Under the pieces are notes generated by a model that saw only the letters and a list, made by a program, of their open reading frames with translations, was not told the DNA's origin and made no database searches. From assembly GCA_964583985.1 (NCBI GenBank), contig CAZOYD010000024.1, forward strand, positions 1 through 48,144: 48,144 bases of DNA, given 5' to 3'. The stretch comes from an uncultured archaeon. GTDB taxonomy: Archaea; Asgardarchaeota; Lokiarchaeia; Sigyniarchaeales; SOKP01. The position numbers were made by a program, and so were the translations under genes. Below are positions 10,276-18,595 of this stretch, piece after piece. Position 1 is the stretch's first letter; every line of letters begins with the position of its first letter.

Positions 10276-11532
10276 ATGGATAATGCAGAAGAAATCTATA
10301 ACGCAAAATTAGAGAGATTAGAAGTTGCAGCTGCAGCAAAAGAACCAGATAGAGTTCCTATAGGAATAAACACAACTTATTTTCCTGCAAAGTATGCAGG
10401 AGTAAGTTATGAAGATATGTTCCATGATAATAATAAATATATTGAAGTTATGGCAAAATTTGCTAGAGATTTTAACTGGGATGGATATAATTCTCTTCGA
10501 TCATTTGAAAGTGTACCTCTGGGATTAGCATTAGCTGGGTATGATCCCGATTTAGCCATAGGAGTTGCGGTTTCTTCCGTTTTAGCTGGAGGTGCATCAC
10601 ACGATATTTTAGCTGATGTTTATTCTTCAAATCCCGGCAGAGAATTAGGAAAAAATGTCGAATCACAATTCGTAATGGAAAAACCCGTCATGAATAATGA
10701 TGAATATGATAACCTAATAAAACAACCCTTTGAATTCCTAATGAAAACCGTTATACCGAGAGCATACAAGAATTTAGCAGATTTAGATTCTCCAAAAGGA
10801 GTAGGTACTTTATTAAAGATGGGTCAAGAACTTGCTAAATTTCCAGCTTTTTTCGGGGAATTTCTTGGAAAAATGAAACAAGAAGCCTGGCTTCCATGGT
10901 ATTTAGCTTTAACTCCAAATCCATTAGATTTTATAGGAGCATGGTTAAGAGATTTCGATACGCTTACATTAGATCTTTATAGAATGCCTGAAAAAGTTAA
11001 GGCTGCTTGTGAAGCATTGACTGGTGTATTAGCAGCAGTAGGGAAATTGACTGGTGCAATATCAAAATCAGCCACAGGTTCTCGTAGAGTATTTTGCCCG
11101 ACTTGGTATAATACATATTTATCACCCGAACAATACAGAGAATTCCATTTCCCTTATATAAAAAGAATTGTTAATGAATTGGTTGAAGCCGATTTTACAC
11201 CCCTTTTATGTTTCCAAGGGCGCATGGATCATTTATTAGATACTCTTACGGAACTTCCTGAAGGGAAAGTCATCCTCTGGTTTGATAAAACAGATTTATC
11301 AAAAGTAAGAGAAGTTGTAGGAGATAAATACTGTATTGCTGGTGGTATCCTCTCATCTCTTCTCATAAGTGGAACGCCGCAACAAGTTAAGGATCACATG
11401 AAAGAAACGATAAACAAGTATAAACCCGGTGGGGGTTATATCGTAACAACGGAGTTTAATGGAATGGGTGACGCAAAAATCGAAAATGTTAAAGCGATGA
11501 CTGAAGCTGTAATGGAATACGGAAAATATTAG
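10276..11532 (+). CDS. Uroporphyrinogen decarboxylase-superfamily (URO-D/MtaA-CmuA-like) methyltransferase, probable substrate:corrinoid (MT1-type) enzyme
   Basis: EPDRVP, LSPEQYREF.FPY, IAGG...L..GTPQQV, GGGYIV, KIENVKAM motifs; lacks the HxC...C Zn motif. SD GGAGGTG (10260-10266) supports ATG 10276 over GTG 10264. Confidence 0.85.
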   Translation: MDNAEEIYNAKLERLEVAAAAKEPDRVPIGINTTYFPAKYAGVSYEDMFHDNNKYIEVMAKFARDFNWDGYNSLRSFESVPLGLALAGYDPDLAIGVAVSSVLAGGASHDILADVYSSNPGRELGKNVESQFVMEKPVMNNDEYDNLIKQPFEFLMKTVIPRAYKNLADLDSPKGVGTLLKMGQELAKFPAFFGEFLGKMKQEAWLPWYLALTPNPLDFIGAWLRDFDTLTLDLYRMPEKVKAACEALTGVLAAVGKLTGAISKSATGSRRVFCPTWYNTYLSPEQYREFHFPYIKRIVNELVEADFTPLLCFQGRMDHLLDTLTELPEGKVILWFDKTDLSKVREVVGDKYCIAGGILSSLLISGTPQQVKDHMKETINKYKPGGGYIVTTEFNGMGDAKIENVKAMTEAVMEYGKY

Positions 11533-11567
11533 TATAATTTTTTAATTTTGTTTTTTTTATTTTATTT

Positions 11568-12134
11568 TTATTTAAAGCAAGCTAAACCAAATCGATAAGA
11601 ATATTTATTAGATGGATATTCTATACCGAGTTTGTTTTTTAGTTTTTGCACCGTGCTTATTACTTCAATTCCTGTAGCTTCCATAGAAAATCTTTTCTCC
11701 TGAGGAAAACGACAGGGGGATCCTGAATCAAAAGTACATGATCCCACATTCATAATTTTACAATATTTGCATGTTCCATCATATAAGAGAATCCTTTTTT
11801 TATATTTCTTATCATATTGGGATAAGAATTTCTCAAATTCAATTTCCAAATCATTAGAATCAAAACTTTTGGTCAATAAAAACGTGTTTTTGATGTAAAA
11901 TTCTGACCTATTTGTTCTTTCTATTTCCTCTCTAACATAACTTTCCAGATCAAACATGGAATAGATTAAATAGAAATCCGTATAAGTTTCAAGGGCTTTT
12001 TGAAGATACGGTGAATTAGGAGGGCAACTCCATGAATGTCCATAGAAAGGGCACTTAAAACTAGGCGAGATACACATCTCTTGAACCTTGGGATCAAAAT
12101 AAATGTCCTTATATTCAATTTGAGCAAAAGGCAT
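11568..12134 (-). CDS. DUF2284-family predicted metal-binding protein
   Basis: C..Y..SWSCPP, GTCKYC, C...CRFP..KRFSMEATGIEV motifs. ATG 12134 is preferred because it avoids overlap with the divergent gene. Confidence 0.8.
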   Translation of the reverse strand: MPFAQIEYKDIYFDPKVQEMCISPSFKCPFYGHSWSCPPNSPYLQKALETYTDFYLIYSMFDLESYVREEIERTNRSEFYIKNTFLLTKSFDSNDLEIEFEKFLSQYDKKYKKRILLYDGTCKYCKIMNVGSCTFDSGSPCRFPQEKRFSMEATGIEVISTVQKLKNKLGIEYPSNKYSYRFGLACFK

Positions 12135-12236
12135 CTTCAGATCGAAAAATTTTGAATGGATTTTAAATTTATTTATTACATAATATTGGAACACCTTCCA
12201 CATTTTTATTACAAACTATTGTTATATTATATAATA

Positions 12237-13253
12237 ATGGATTCGTTTGAACGTATTCACGCTGCATTGAGGGGTAGATTTGTTGATAGGCCTCCTGTAT
12301 TTCCTCAAATCGGGGATCATGCAGGCATAATTAATGGATCATCTTTTAATCTAATGTATCAAAATGCTACAAAAGCCGCAGAAGCACATGTTAAAGCATT
12401 GAAATTATATGGTTACGATATAACAACAATACAAGTAGAACCTAGTTGGCCAGTTGTTGAAGCGTGTGGAGCAGAAGTCAAATATCCGCCCGATAAAAGT
12501 CCTTGGATAACTAAGCACCTAATAAATTCAGAAAATGATTTAGAGATCCTGGATGTTCCAGATTTCATGGAAACACAGAGTTCAAGAGTTATGATTGAAG
12601 GGACGCGTATTCTTGCTGATGAAGTCGATGTTCCGGTTGCAGCTTTTATGACTGGACCTATCACATTTAGCTTGCAGTTGATGCCTTATACAATTTTAAT
12701 GATTAAGATGATTAGAAATCCTGATTTTACCCATAAATTAATTCAAAAATCTATTTTAATCATCAAGGAATATATTAAAACCTTGAAAGATGCTGGGGCA
12801 ACAATTTTTGTGGCATGTGAACACGATATACAGATGTTAAAGCCAGAATTAGCCCAAGAATTTAGTTTGAAATATCTACAAGATATTTTTAAGATTTTTG
12901 ATTATAATATTCTTCACATGTGTGGAAAAGTGGCTATGCATTTGAATCTTTTAGCTGAAGATCTGAAAAGAATCGATAAATTAAATACAGTAAATATTGG
13001 CCCCCATGTTGACATTGCCAAAACTCAAGATTTGCTCGACCATAAGATTGGTGTTGCAGGTAATATTGATCATTACAGACTTCTTCCACGTGGTAGTCCC
13101 AAAGAAGTAGAGATTGCAGTAAAAAACGCAATAAAAGCCAGTGGTGGAAGTTCTCGTTTTATGATTGCTCCGGGATGTGAAATAACAGTTGATACTCCAA
13201 TAGATAATGTGAAAGCCTTTGTAAATGCTGTCAAGGGTCATGAACTTGCTTGA
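12237..13253 (+). CDS. MtaA/MtbA-like methylcobamide methyltransferase (URO-D superfamily, Zn motif intact)
   Basis: ERI.AAL.G..VDRPPVFP, GPIT, LHMCG and APGCEI...TPIDNVKA (HxC...C Zn ligands); ATG 12237. Confidence 0.88.
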   Translation: MDSFERIHAALRGRFVDRPPVFPQIGDHAGIINGSSFNLMYQNATKAAEAHVKALKLYGYDITTIQVEPSWPVVEACGAEVKYPPDKSPWITKHLINSENDLEILDVPDFMETQSSRVMIEGTRILADEVDVPVAAFMTGPITFSLQLMPYTILMIKMIRNPDFTHKLIQKSILIIKEYIKTLKDAGATIFVACEHDIQMLKPELAQEFSLKYLQDIFKIFDYNILHMCGKVAMHLNLLAEDLKRIDKLNTVNIGPHVDIAKTQDLLDHKIGVAGNIDHYRLLPRGSPKEVEIAVKNAIKASGGSSRFMIAPGCEITVDTPIDNVKAFVNAVKGHELA

Positions 13254-13456
13254 TCAATCACTCCTATCATACAAAATTTAAATTTATAGACTCATTATTT
13301 GAAAAATCCGACTCTTAAATGAAGTCAAAAATCAATCTCATTTGGATTCAATTCAAATTTTATTCTTGGAACAGGCGAAAAAATCTTAATCTAATAGAAA
13401 AATTGGAGATGTCAACAATTATAAATTAGTTATTCTATTATTGATGTAGTATATTC

Positions 13457-15682
13457 TTGAGCAAGTCAATGATTTCAGATATAAAATATATTGATGAAGG
13501 GTTAGATAATATACTCAAGTCTTTAGTGGATAATTTATTTCTAATAAAATATGATACCACCATTTTAGATTATACAAGTAATGAATCAACGTATATAATA
13601 AAATCATCCCATTTTATCAACCAAAAATTAGTAAATTATATTCCCGAGGATCTGAAAGAGCCTTTATTAAATGGTATTGATAAAGTAATTCACTCAAAGA
13701 AAATGTTCGTTATTAAACACGATCTTTCGAAAGAGTCAATATCACTTGAAATAAAAATCATTCCTTATTCGAGTGAAATTCTAGCCGTATCCTTACGAGA
13801 AATATCAATTCAAAGAAAATCTTTAAAAACGCTTAGGAAAATAAAAAAGAATCTAAAACGGGAAGGACAAAAATCCTTAATCAGTACATTTATTCTTCAA
13901 GATGATAAGTTGAAATATGTAAATGAAGCTTTTGAAAGCATCTCAGGTTATTCCTCTGAAGAAATTAGGAATTGGGAGCCCTATGAATTTTTGAAATTAA
14001 TTAAATCCGATTATCAAGATTTTGTTAAAGAACAAAATGACCTTAAACAAATGAATTTGAATGATAACATACCCAATTATGTTGTAAAAGGAGTCAGGAA
14101 GGATGGATCTGAACTATGGATTGAAATAAATTCAGAATATTTCACATATGAAGGAAGACCGGCCATAATTGGAAGCATAACAGAAATACTAGAGAATGAA
14201 AAATCAAGTTATAACGCAAAAAGAGTGAATAAAGCTTTAATTGATTCAATGCCAGAAGGAAGTTTTGTGATATCGAAAAGTTATGAGATTGAATATTATA
14301 ATCTCAAAATTCTCGATATTTTTAATTTAGTTAAGGAACTAAGAGGTATAAGTATTTTTGAGATTATACCAAAGAAATTTGGCGATGTATTAAATGAACT
14401 TATTAAAAAAACCGTAATGACCAATAAATCATCATTTAAATATTTTCCATTCAAATTTAAGGGTAAAAAGGATTTTTTCTTAATACAGGTACTCCAATTT
14501 GATCAAGAAAGATTAGCTATCTTCATACGAAAAAAAAATGACGATAGAGTAACTCAAGTGAATTTTAATATTCAAAAGAAAAAATCCAAGGAATTTTTTA
14601 ATTCTTTAAATGAGGGCGTTTTAATAGTCCAAGATAATAAAATAGTTTTTGCCAATAATTACTTCCCGGAAGTTATAGGGGATTTAAGATTAAATTTTGA
14701 GGAGTGGAACTTTCAGGATTTTCAAAATTTAATTGTAGAGTCTAATAAAATTTTATTTCAAAATTGGATAAACAAATTAGAAGATGATAATAAAGAGATT
14801 ATTCCTCATATTACTTATCAAATCTTAAATAAAAAGGGAGAATCTAAAAAAGTTGAGCATTTTGCAAAAGGCATTTTTTTCGAGGATCAGTTTTCAGATC
14901 TCATTGTAATATTTGATGAAAAAAGTGAATCCTTGATGGATGGATCATTGAATCATCTCAAATTTCAGGATAAAATAAAGAACTTCAATGAGGATTTAAT
15001 CCAAAGAATATCCCATGAATTAAAAACCCCCTTGACTTCGATTTATATTGCATCAGAGATACTCTTGAATTTTTATAGGAAAAACATCGATAGCGATATT
15101 TTAGGTTTTGTGGAAATCATCAATAAGGGCGGTAAGAGGTTGAAAAATCTAATCGAAAATTTCATGGAAGTATCTTTATTAGATTTAGGAAAGGTCAGAC
15201 TCGATCTTAAAATCGTAAATTTATCCTCATTAATAATTTCTTGTGTTGGTATGCACAATGAATTAATTAAAAAGAGAAATTTAAATTTTAAGTCAGAAAT
15301 TCAACCGAATATAAATTTATATTTAGATGAAGAAAAAATAACTGTGGTATTTTCTAATCTTATCTTAAATGCAATAAATAACACTCCAAAGGGAGGGAGT
15401 ATTCATTTAAAATCTATTGAGGAGAAAAAGGCTATTACGATTGAAATTACAGATACTGGAGTTGGTTTTACGAAAGATGAACTTTCGTCAATCTTTAAGA
15501 AGTTTGGAAAAATCGAGAGGTTTGGAAAAAATCTTGATGTTGAAATAGATGGTCCAGGATTGGGATTTTATATTACTAAAAAACTGCTTAAACTACATGA
15601 CGGAACGATTAAAGTGGTATCTCAAGGACGGGATATGGGTGCAACTCAAATAGTCACTCTTCCTAAAGATATAACTGCTTGA
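13457..15682 (+). CDS. Multi-PAS sensor histidine kinase (cytoplasmic)
   Basis: PAS motifs (YVNEAFESISGYS...RKDGSELWI); H-box ISHELKTPLTSI, N-box NLILNAI, DTGVG, GPGLG. Confidence 0.93.
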   Translation: MSKSMISDIKYIDEGLDNILKSLVDNLFLIKYDTTILDYTSNESTYIIKSSHFINQKLVNYIPEDLKEPLLNGIDKVIHSKKMFVIKHDLSKESISLEIKIIPYSSEILAVSLREISIQRKSLKTLRKIKKNLKREGQKSLISTFILQDDKLKYVNEAFESISGYSSEEIRNWEPYEFLKLIKSDYQDFVKEQNDLKQMNLNDNIPNYVVKGVRKDGSELWIEINSEYFTYEGRPAIIGSITEILENEKSSYNAKRVNKALIDSMPEGSFVISKSYEIEYYNLKILDIFNLVKELRGISIFEIIPKKFGDVLNELIKKTVMTNKSSFKYFPFKFKGKKDFFLIQVLQFDQERLAIFIRKKNDDRVTQVNFNIQKKKSKEFFNSLNEGVLIVQDNKIVFANNYFPEVIGDLRLNFEEWNFQDFQNLIVESNKILFQNWINKLEDDNKEIIPHITYQILNKKGESKKVEHFAKGIFFEDQFSDLIVIFDEKSESLMDGSLNHLKFQDKIKNFNEDLIQRISHELKTPLTSIYIASEILLNFYRKNIDSDILGFVEIINKGGKRLKNLIENFMEVSLLDLGKVRLDLKIVNLSSLIISCVGMHNELIKKRNLNFKSEIQPNINLYLDEEKITVVFSNLILNAINNTPKGGSIHLKSIEEKKAITIEITDTGVGFTKDELSSIFKKFGKIERFGKNLDVEIDGPGLGFYITKKLLKLHDGTIKVVSQGRDMGATQIVTLPKDITA

Positions 15683-15737
15683 ATTAAACTGAGAGAATGA
15701 ATTAAAAAGAAAAACTGAAAATTGGGAGTGAAATTTG

Positions 15738-15761
15738 TTCGTGAAACAACTCTTTCACGAA
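15738..15761. repeat. Perfect 9-bp inverted repeat TTCGTGAAA-N6-TTTCACGAA
   Basis: Seen directly in the intergenic region downstream of the kinase. Confidence 0.7.
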
Positions 15762-15860
15762 GTATAATAAACCGATTTTAGAAGTCTTAGACTAAGAAAT
15801 TATACCTTTTTGTAATGTTTGGATAAAATCTTTAAATAAGAAAAGAACTATGATCATTAC

Positions 15861-15986
15861 ATGGAAAAAAATCCTTTTAGTGCAATGGAATTCAGAGAAT
15901 TAGTTCAAGGAATTAAAGAAATTGTCTTAGAACTTAAAAATTTGAATTCAAAATTAGATAAACTCGAAATAGGTAAAAAACACTAA
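15861..15986 (+). CDS. 41-aa coiled-coil microprotein (not in ORF track)
   Basis: MEKNPFSAMEFRELVQGIKEIVLELKNLNSKLDKLEIGKKH*. TATA-like TTTAAATA at 15831-15838 (leaderless spacing); T-rich tract after the stop. Confidence 0.6.
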   Translation: MEKNPFSAMEFRELVQGIKEIVLELKNLNSKLDKLEIGKKH

Positions 15987-16046
15987 TTTTCTTAAAATTT
16001 TCTTTTTTACTAACTATAGAATTTTAAAAATAAAAAAAATTATGAA

Positions 16047-16997
16047 TTATTTTTTAGATCTGGTAAATATTTCTTGCGAGAGATATATTAAAATCTCGGG
16101 AATCTGAATATCTTTGCCTTTAGAGATATCAAAACGCTTTGCTTCCACTTCATCAGCAATAGAACTTATTTCTCCATCTGAAATAACTTCAGTATCTCCA
16201 ATCACCACGAGAGCTATAGGTAATTTAATAAATTTGTTTTCACGCTTTTTTGTATTAAATACTAAATTAGTTTTTGCTTTTATTTCCGAGATAAAATTTT
16301 TTATTTTTTCTAAAGATTCTCGTTTTTCTCTATATAAGACTAAAATTATCCCTGCAGATCCTTGAAAATATTGGTTTCTAATCGATTCAAATCTTTTTTC
16401 ATCGGATACTCTCCAAATTTGAAGCAATAGCGAAGACTTATCAAATAATTCAAGTATATATGTATAAAAGTCCACACCAATAATTTCAATGGAAGATTCA
16501 TTAGTCTTTGTTAATAGATAGAGCATTTTATCCGAATAATCTTCATCTAATCCCAGTAAGATGATTTTTAATCGTTGATCATAATCTTTTCCCCATTTTC
16601 CAAAACATTCTAAAAATCGTTCATATCTCTGTACTTTCTTACGTAATTCATGTAATTGACTACGTTCTGTACTCGTTAGTGTGATTCCTAATTCGCGCTT
16701 TAAAATTGCTTGAACTTGTCCATGGCTTATAGTTTTTTCAAACTGTTGGAAAATATGAGATGAAAGATATGAGATTATCCAATTAATATCATAATATTGA
16801 CTGATTTCAGTGATAATTTCCTCCAATGATAAAAGGGATTTTTGATAAGGCTCTTTCTTAAGAAATATATCTAATGTTGATTCCTGCAAATCATCTACTA
16901 AATTAACTTTAGAGTACTTGATTTGCTTCAGAAATTTTACCAACTTATCACGCTGTTCATTCGTGAGCAATTCTTTTTCTAACATTTTTTTCATCAT
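16047..16997 (-). CDS. HTH-like N-terminal domain fused to a degenerate Rab-like GTPase domain
   Basis: Rab hallmarks LKIILLG, IGVDF, LQIW, RFESIRNQYFQGSAGIILV are present, but G1 (GLDEDYSD), G3 (WRVSDE) and G4 (GDTE) are degenerate. Confidence 0.75.
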   Translation of the reverse strand: MMKKMLEKELLTNEQRDKLVKFLKQIKYSKVNLVDDLQESTLDIFLKKEPYQKSLLSLEEIITEISQYYDINWIISYLSSHIFQQFEKTISHGQVQAILKRELGITLTSTERSQLHELRKKVQRYERFLECFGKWGKDYDQRLKIILLGLDEDYSDKMLYLLTKTNESSIEIIGVDFYTYILELFDKSSLLLQIWRVSDEKRFESIRNQYFQGSAGIILVLYREKRESLEKIKNFISEIKAKTNLVFNTKKRENKFIKLPIALVVIGDTEVISDGEISSIADEVEAKRFDISKGKDIQIPEILIYLSQEIFTRSKK

Positions 16998-17014
16998 CGT
17001 GTCATACTAATTTT

Positions 17015-17060
17015 TGGACGTCAATGATTAAAGTGGACGTCCAATATATGAATGGATGTT
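17015..17060. promoter_or_regulatory. Three TGGAYGTY boxes with exact 19-bp spacing upstream of the HTH-Rab gene
   Basis: TGGACGTC at 17015, TGGACGTC(CA) at 17034, TGGATGTT at 17053; TATA-like TTTAAATA on the minus strand at 17072-17065. Confidence 0.6.
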
Positions 17061-17312
17061 TTCATATTTAAATGTTTTTATAATTTTATTTAAATTTTTT
17101 AAAAAGGAAAAAAGGGGACTTGGAGGTTAAAACCAAACTGAATAAGGATTGAATTTCATTCATGCAACGTTCAAAGACTTAGTCTAATATGAGTCTACTA
17201 GTCTATTTAGACTTCCTCATTTCAAATTATTAATGGATTTTTCGATATTTTAATACTTAGGAGCTAAGGATCGTATATAATAAAAATTAACATCTTAGGA
17301 ACTTGATAAGAA

Positions 17313-17627
17313 ATGAATAAAAAAAAAACAGATTTACAATGGGAACTCGATGCTTCTGTTTCTGATCTCCTCTTGGATTCAAATAATGAGGATTTCGATT
17401 TAATCAAGCACGAGTTTATGCAGAGAATGAAATGGTTCCAAGAGGAATTTGATGAAATATTCAGTTTAAAGGCTCATGCTATTACCGAAAAAGAGAGTGA
17501 ACTAGCTTGTGAAATTTTAGATGAACTTTCGGAGACGATTAATGAATATAGAGATGAGGGAATGCTTCAAGAATTAGTCTCCACCTTAAACAAGATTGAA
17601 AAGAATCATCCTGAACTTTTTGAATAA
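17313..17627 (+). CDS. Acidic helical hypothetical protein
   Basis: 104-aa ORF with ATG start and plausible composition. Confidence 0.7.
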   Translation: MNKKKTDLQWELDASVSDLLLDSNNEDFDLIKHEFMQRMKWFQEEFDEIFSLKAHAITEKESELACEILDELSETINEYRDEGMLQELVSTLNKIEKNHPELFE

Positions 17628-17713
17628 TTAAATCTGATTCTTTAAATATTTTTTGTCAAGATCAAAAATATAGGCTCAAAAATGATAAACTTCTTCAAGA
17701 AATAAATAGAAAG

Positions 17714-17876
17714 TGGGAACCGAGGGAATATCCACGCGTTTGGCAATCAAACGCATTTTTGAACCCCCGACCTACAGGTATCCGCGCGCAATAAGTTGCT
17801 TATAGGATCTGGAGCCTGTTGCGTTCGGCTATTAGGTTTAACGTTCACTCTACATACCGGGCTACGCTAGGTCCCC
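17714..17876 (-). tRNA. trnW: tRNA-Trp(CCA) with three introns (D-arm about 22/23, anticodon loop 37/38, T-loop about 59/60)
   Basis: Acceptor GGGGACC/GGTTCCC plus A73; D-arm GCGT-AGCCCGGTA-TCGC; anticodon stem ACAGG/CCTGT with loop CT-CCA-GA; T-arm GGGGG-TTCAAAT-CCCTC. Removing 17853-17824 (30 nt), 17808-17780 (29 nt) and 17757-17728 (30 nt) gives a 74-nt cloverleaf. CCA end is not encoded. Boundaries are uncertain by 1-2 nt. Confidence 0.9.
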
Positions 17877-17998
17877 ATGTGGTTATGAAGTTATAAAATA
17901 TTTCATGAAATTTATATTTTAAGATTAGGCAAGTTTGCTCTCGTCATTGAACCTATTTTAAAGAAAAATAAATATAATTTGGAAGATTTATAATTAAA

Positions 17999-18595
17999 AT
18001 GAAAAAATTAGGGGAGTTGAGTCTGATATCAATAACATTGATTCAGATCATTGTGTCTGTAGCGATTTCTTTAACATTCCAATTCATCATTCCCCTTGCT
18101 TGGCAACCACTTGATGCGTTTGAAGCGGGAAGAATGATATATCATGGAGAGGAAGGGACAAATATTGTTATTTTTACCGTGAGCCAGTGGTATTTCTCTT
18201 TTTCTATATCGTGGCATCTGAAGCGTGATAATAAATACATAAACAATTTTTTAGTATATTCTATTCCAGGTTTATCTTCAATAGTTTTCATAGAATTCTT
18301 CTTTTATGGACTATATTATGATTATATCCACCTACTTACTTTGATAACGGCATTATATATTATCACAAAAAAACGGGATACTCTAATTCCCATACAAGCA
18401 ATACCTAATTTTTTACTTGTGACTTTCTGGTTATTTTCTGTGTATTTCTTGAGATTGGCTTATTATAATTCACCATTTAGCGATTATTTTCTTAGGTGGT
18501 TGTTAACGTCAATTGCTAATCTTGGAATTTGGTGTTATATCATAATCAGATATAGAAAAGATAAAGAAAAGAATAGAAATTCAAGTAAGCTTTGA
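17999..18595 (+). CDS. Integral membrane protein of unknown function
   Basis: About 6 hydrophobic segments. Confidence 0.72.
   Translation: MKKLGELSLISITLIQIIVSVAISLTFQFIIPLAWQPLDAFEAGRMIYHGEEGTNIVIFTVSQWYFSFSISWHLKRDNKYINNFLVYSIPGLSSIVFIEFFFYGLYYDYIHLLTLITALYIITKKRDTLIPIQAIPNFLLVTFWLFSVYFLRLAYYNSPFSDYFLRWLLTSIANLGIWCYIIIRYRKDKEKNRNSSKL

Noticed and set aside
11530-11532. TAG at the end of the methyltransferase read as pyrrolysine
   Set aside because: EYGKY is a natural family C-terminus, a T-rich terminator-like tract follows, and this is not an MtmB/MtbB/MttB family protein.
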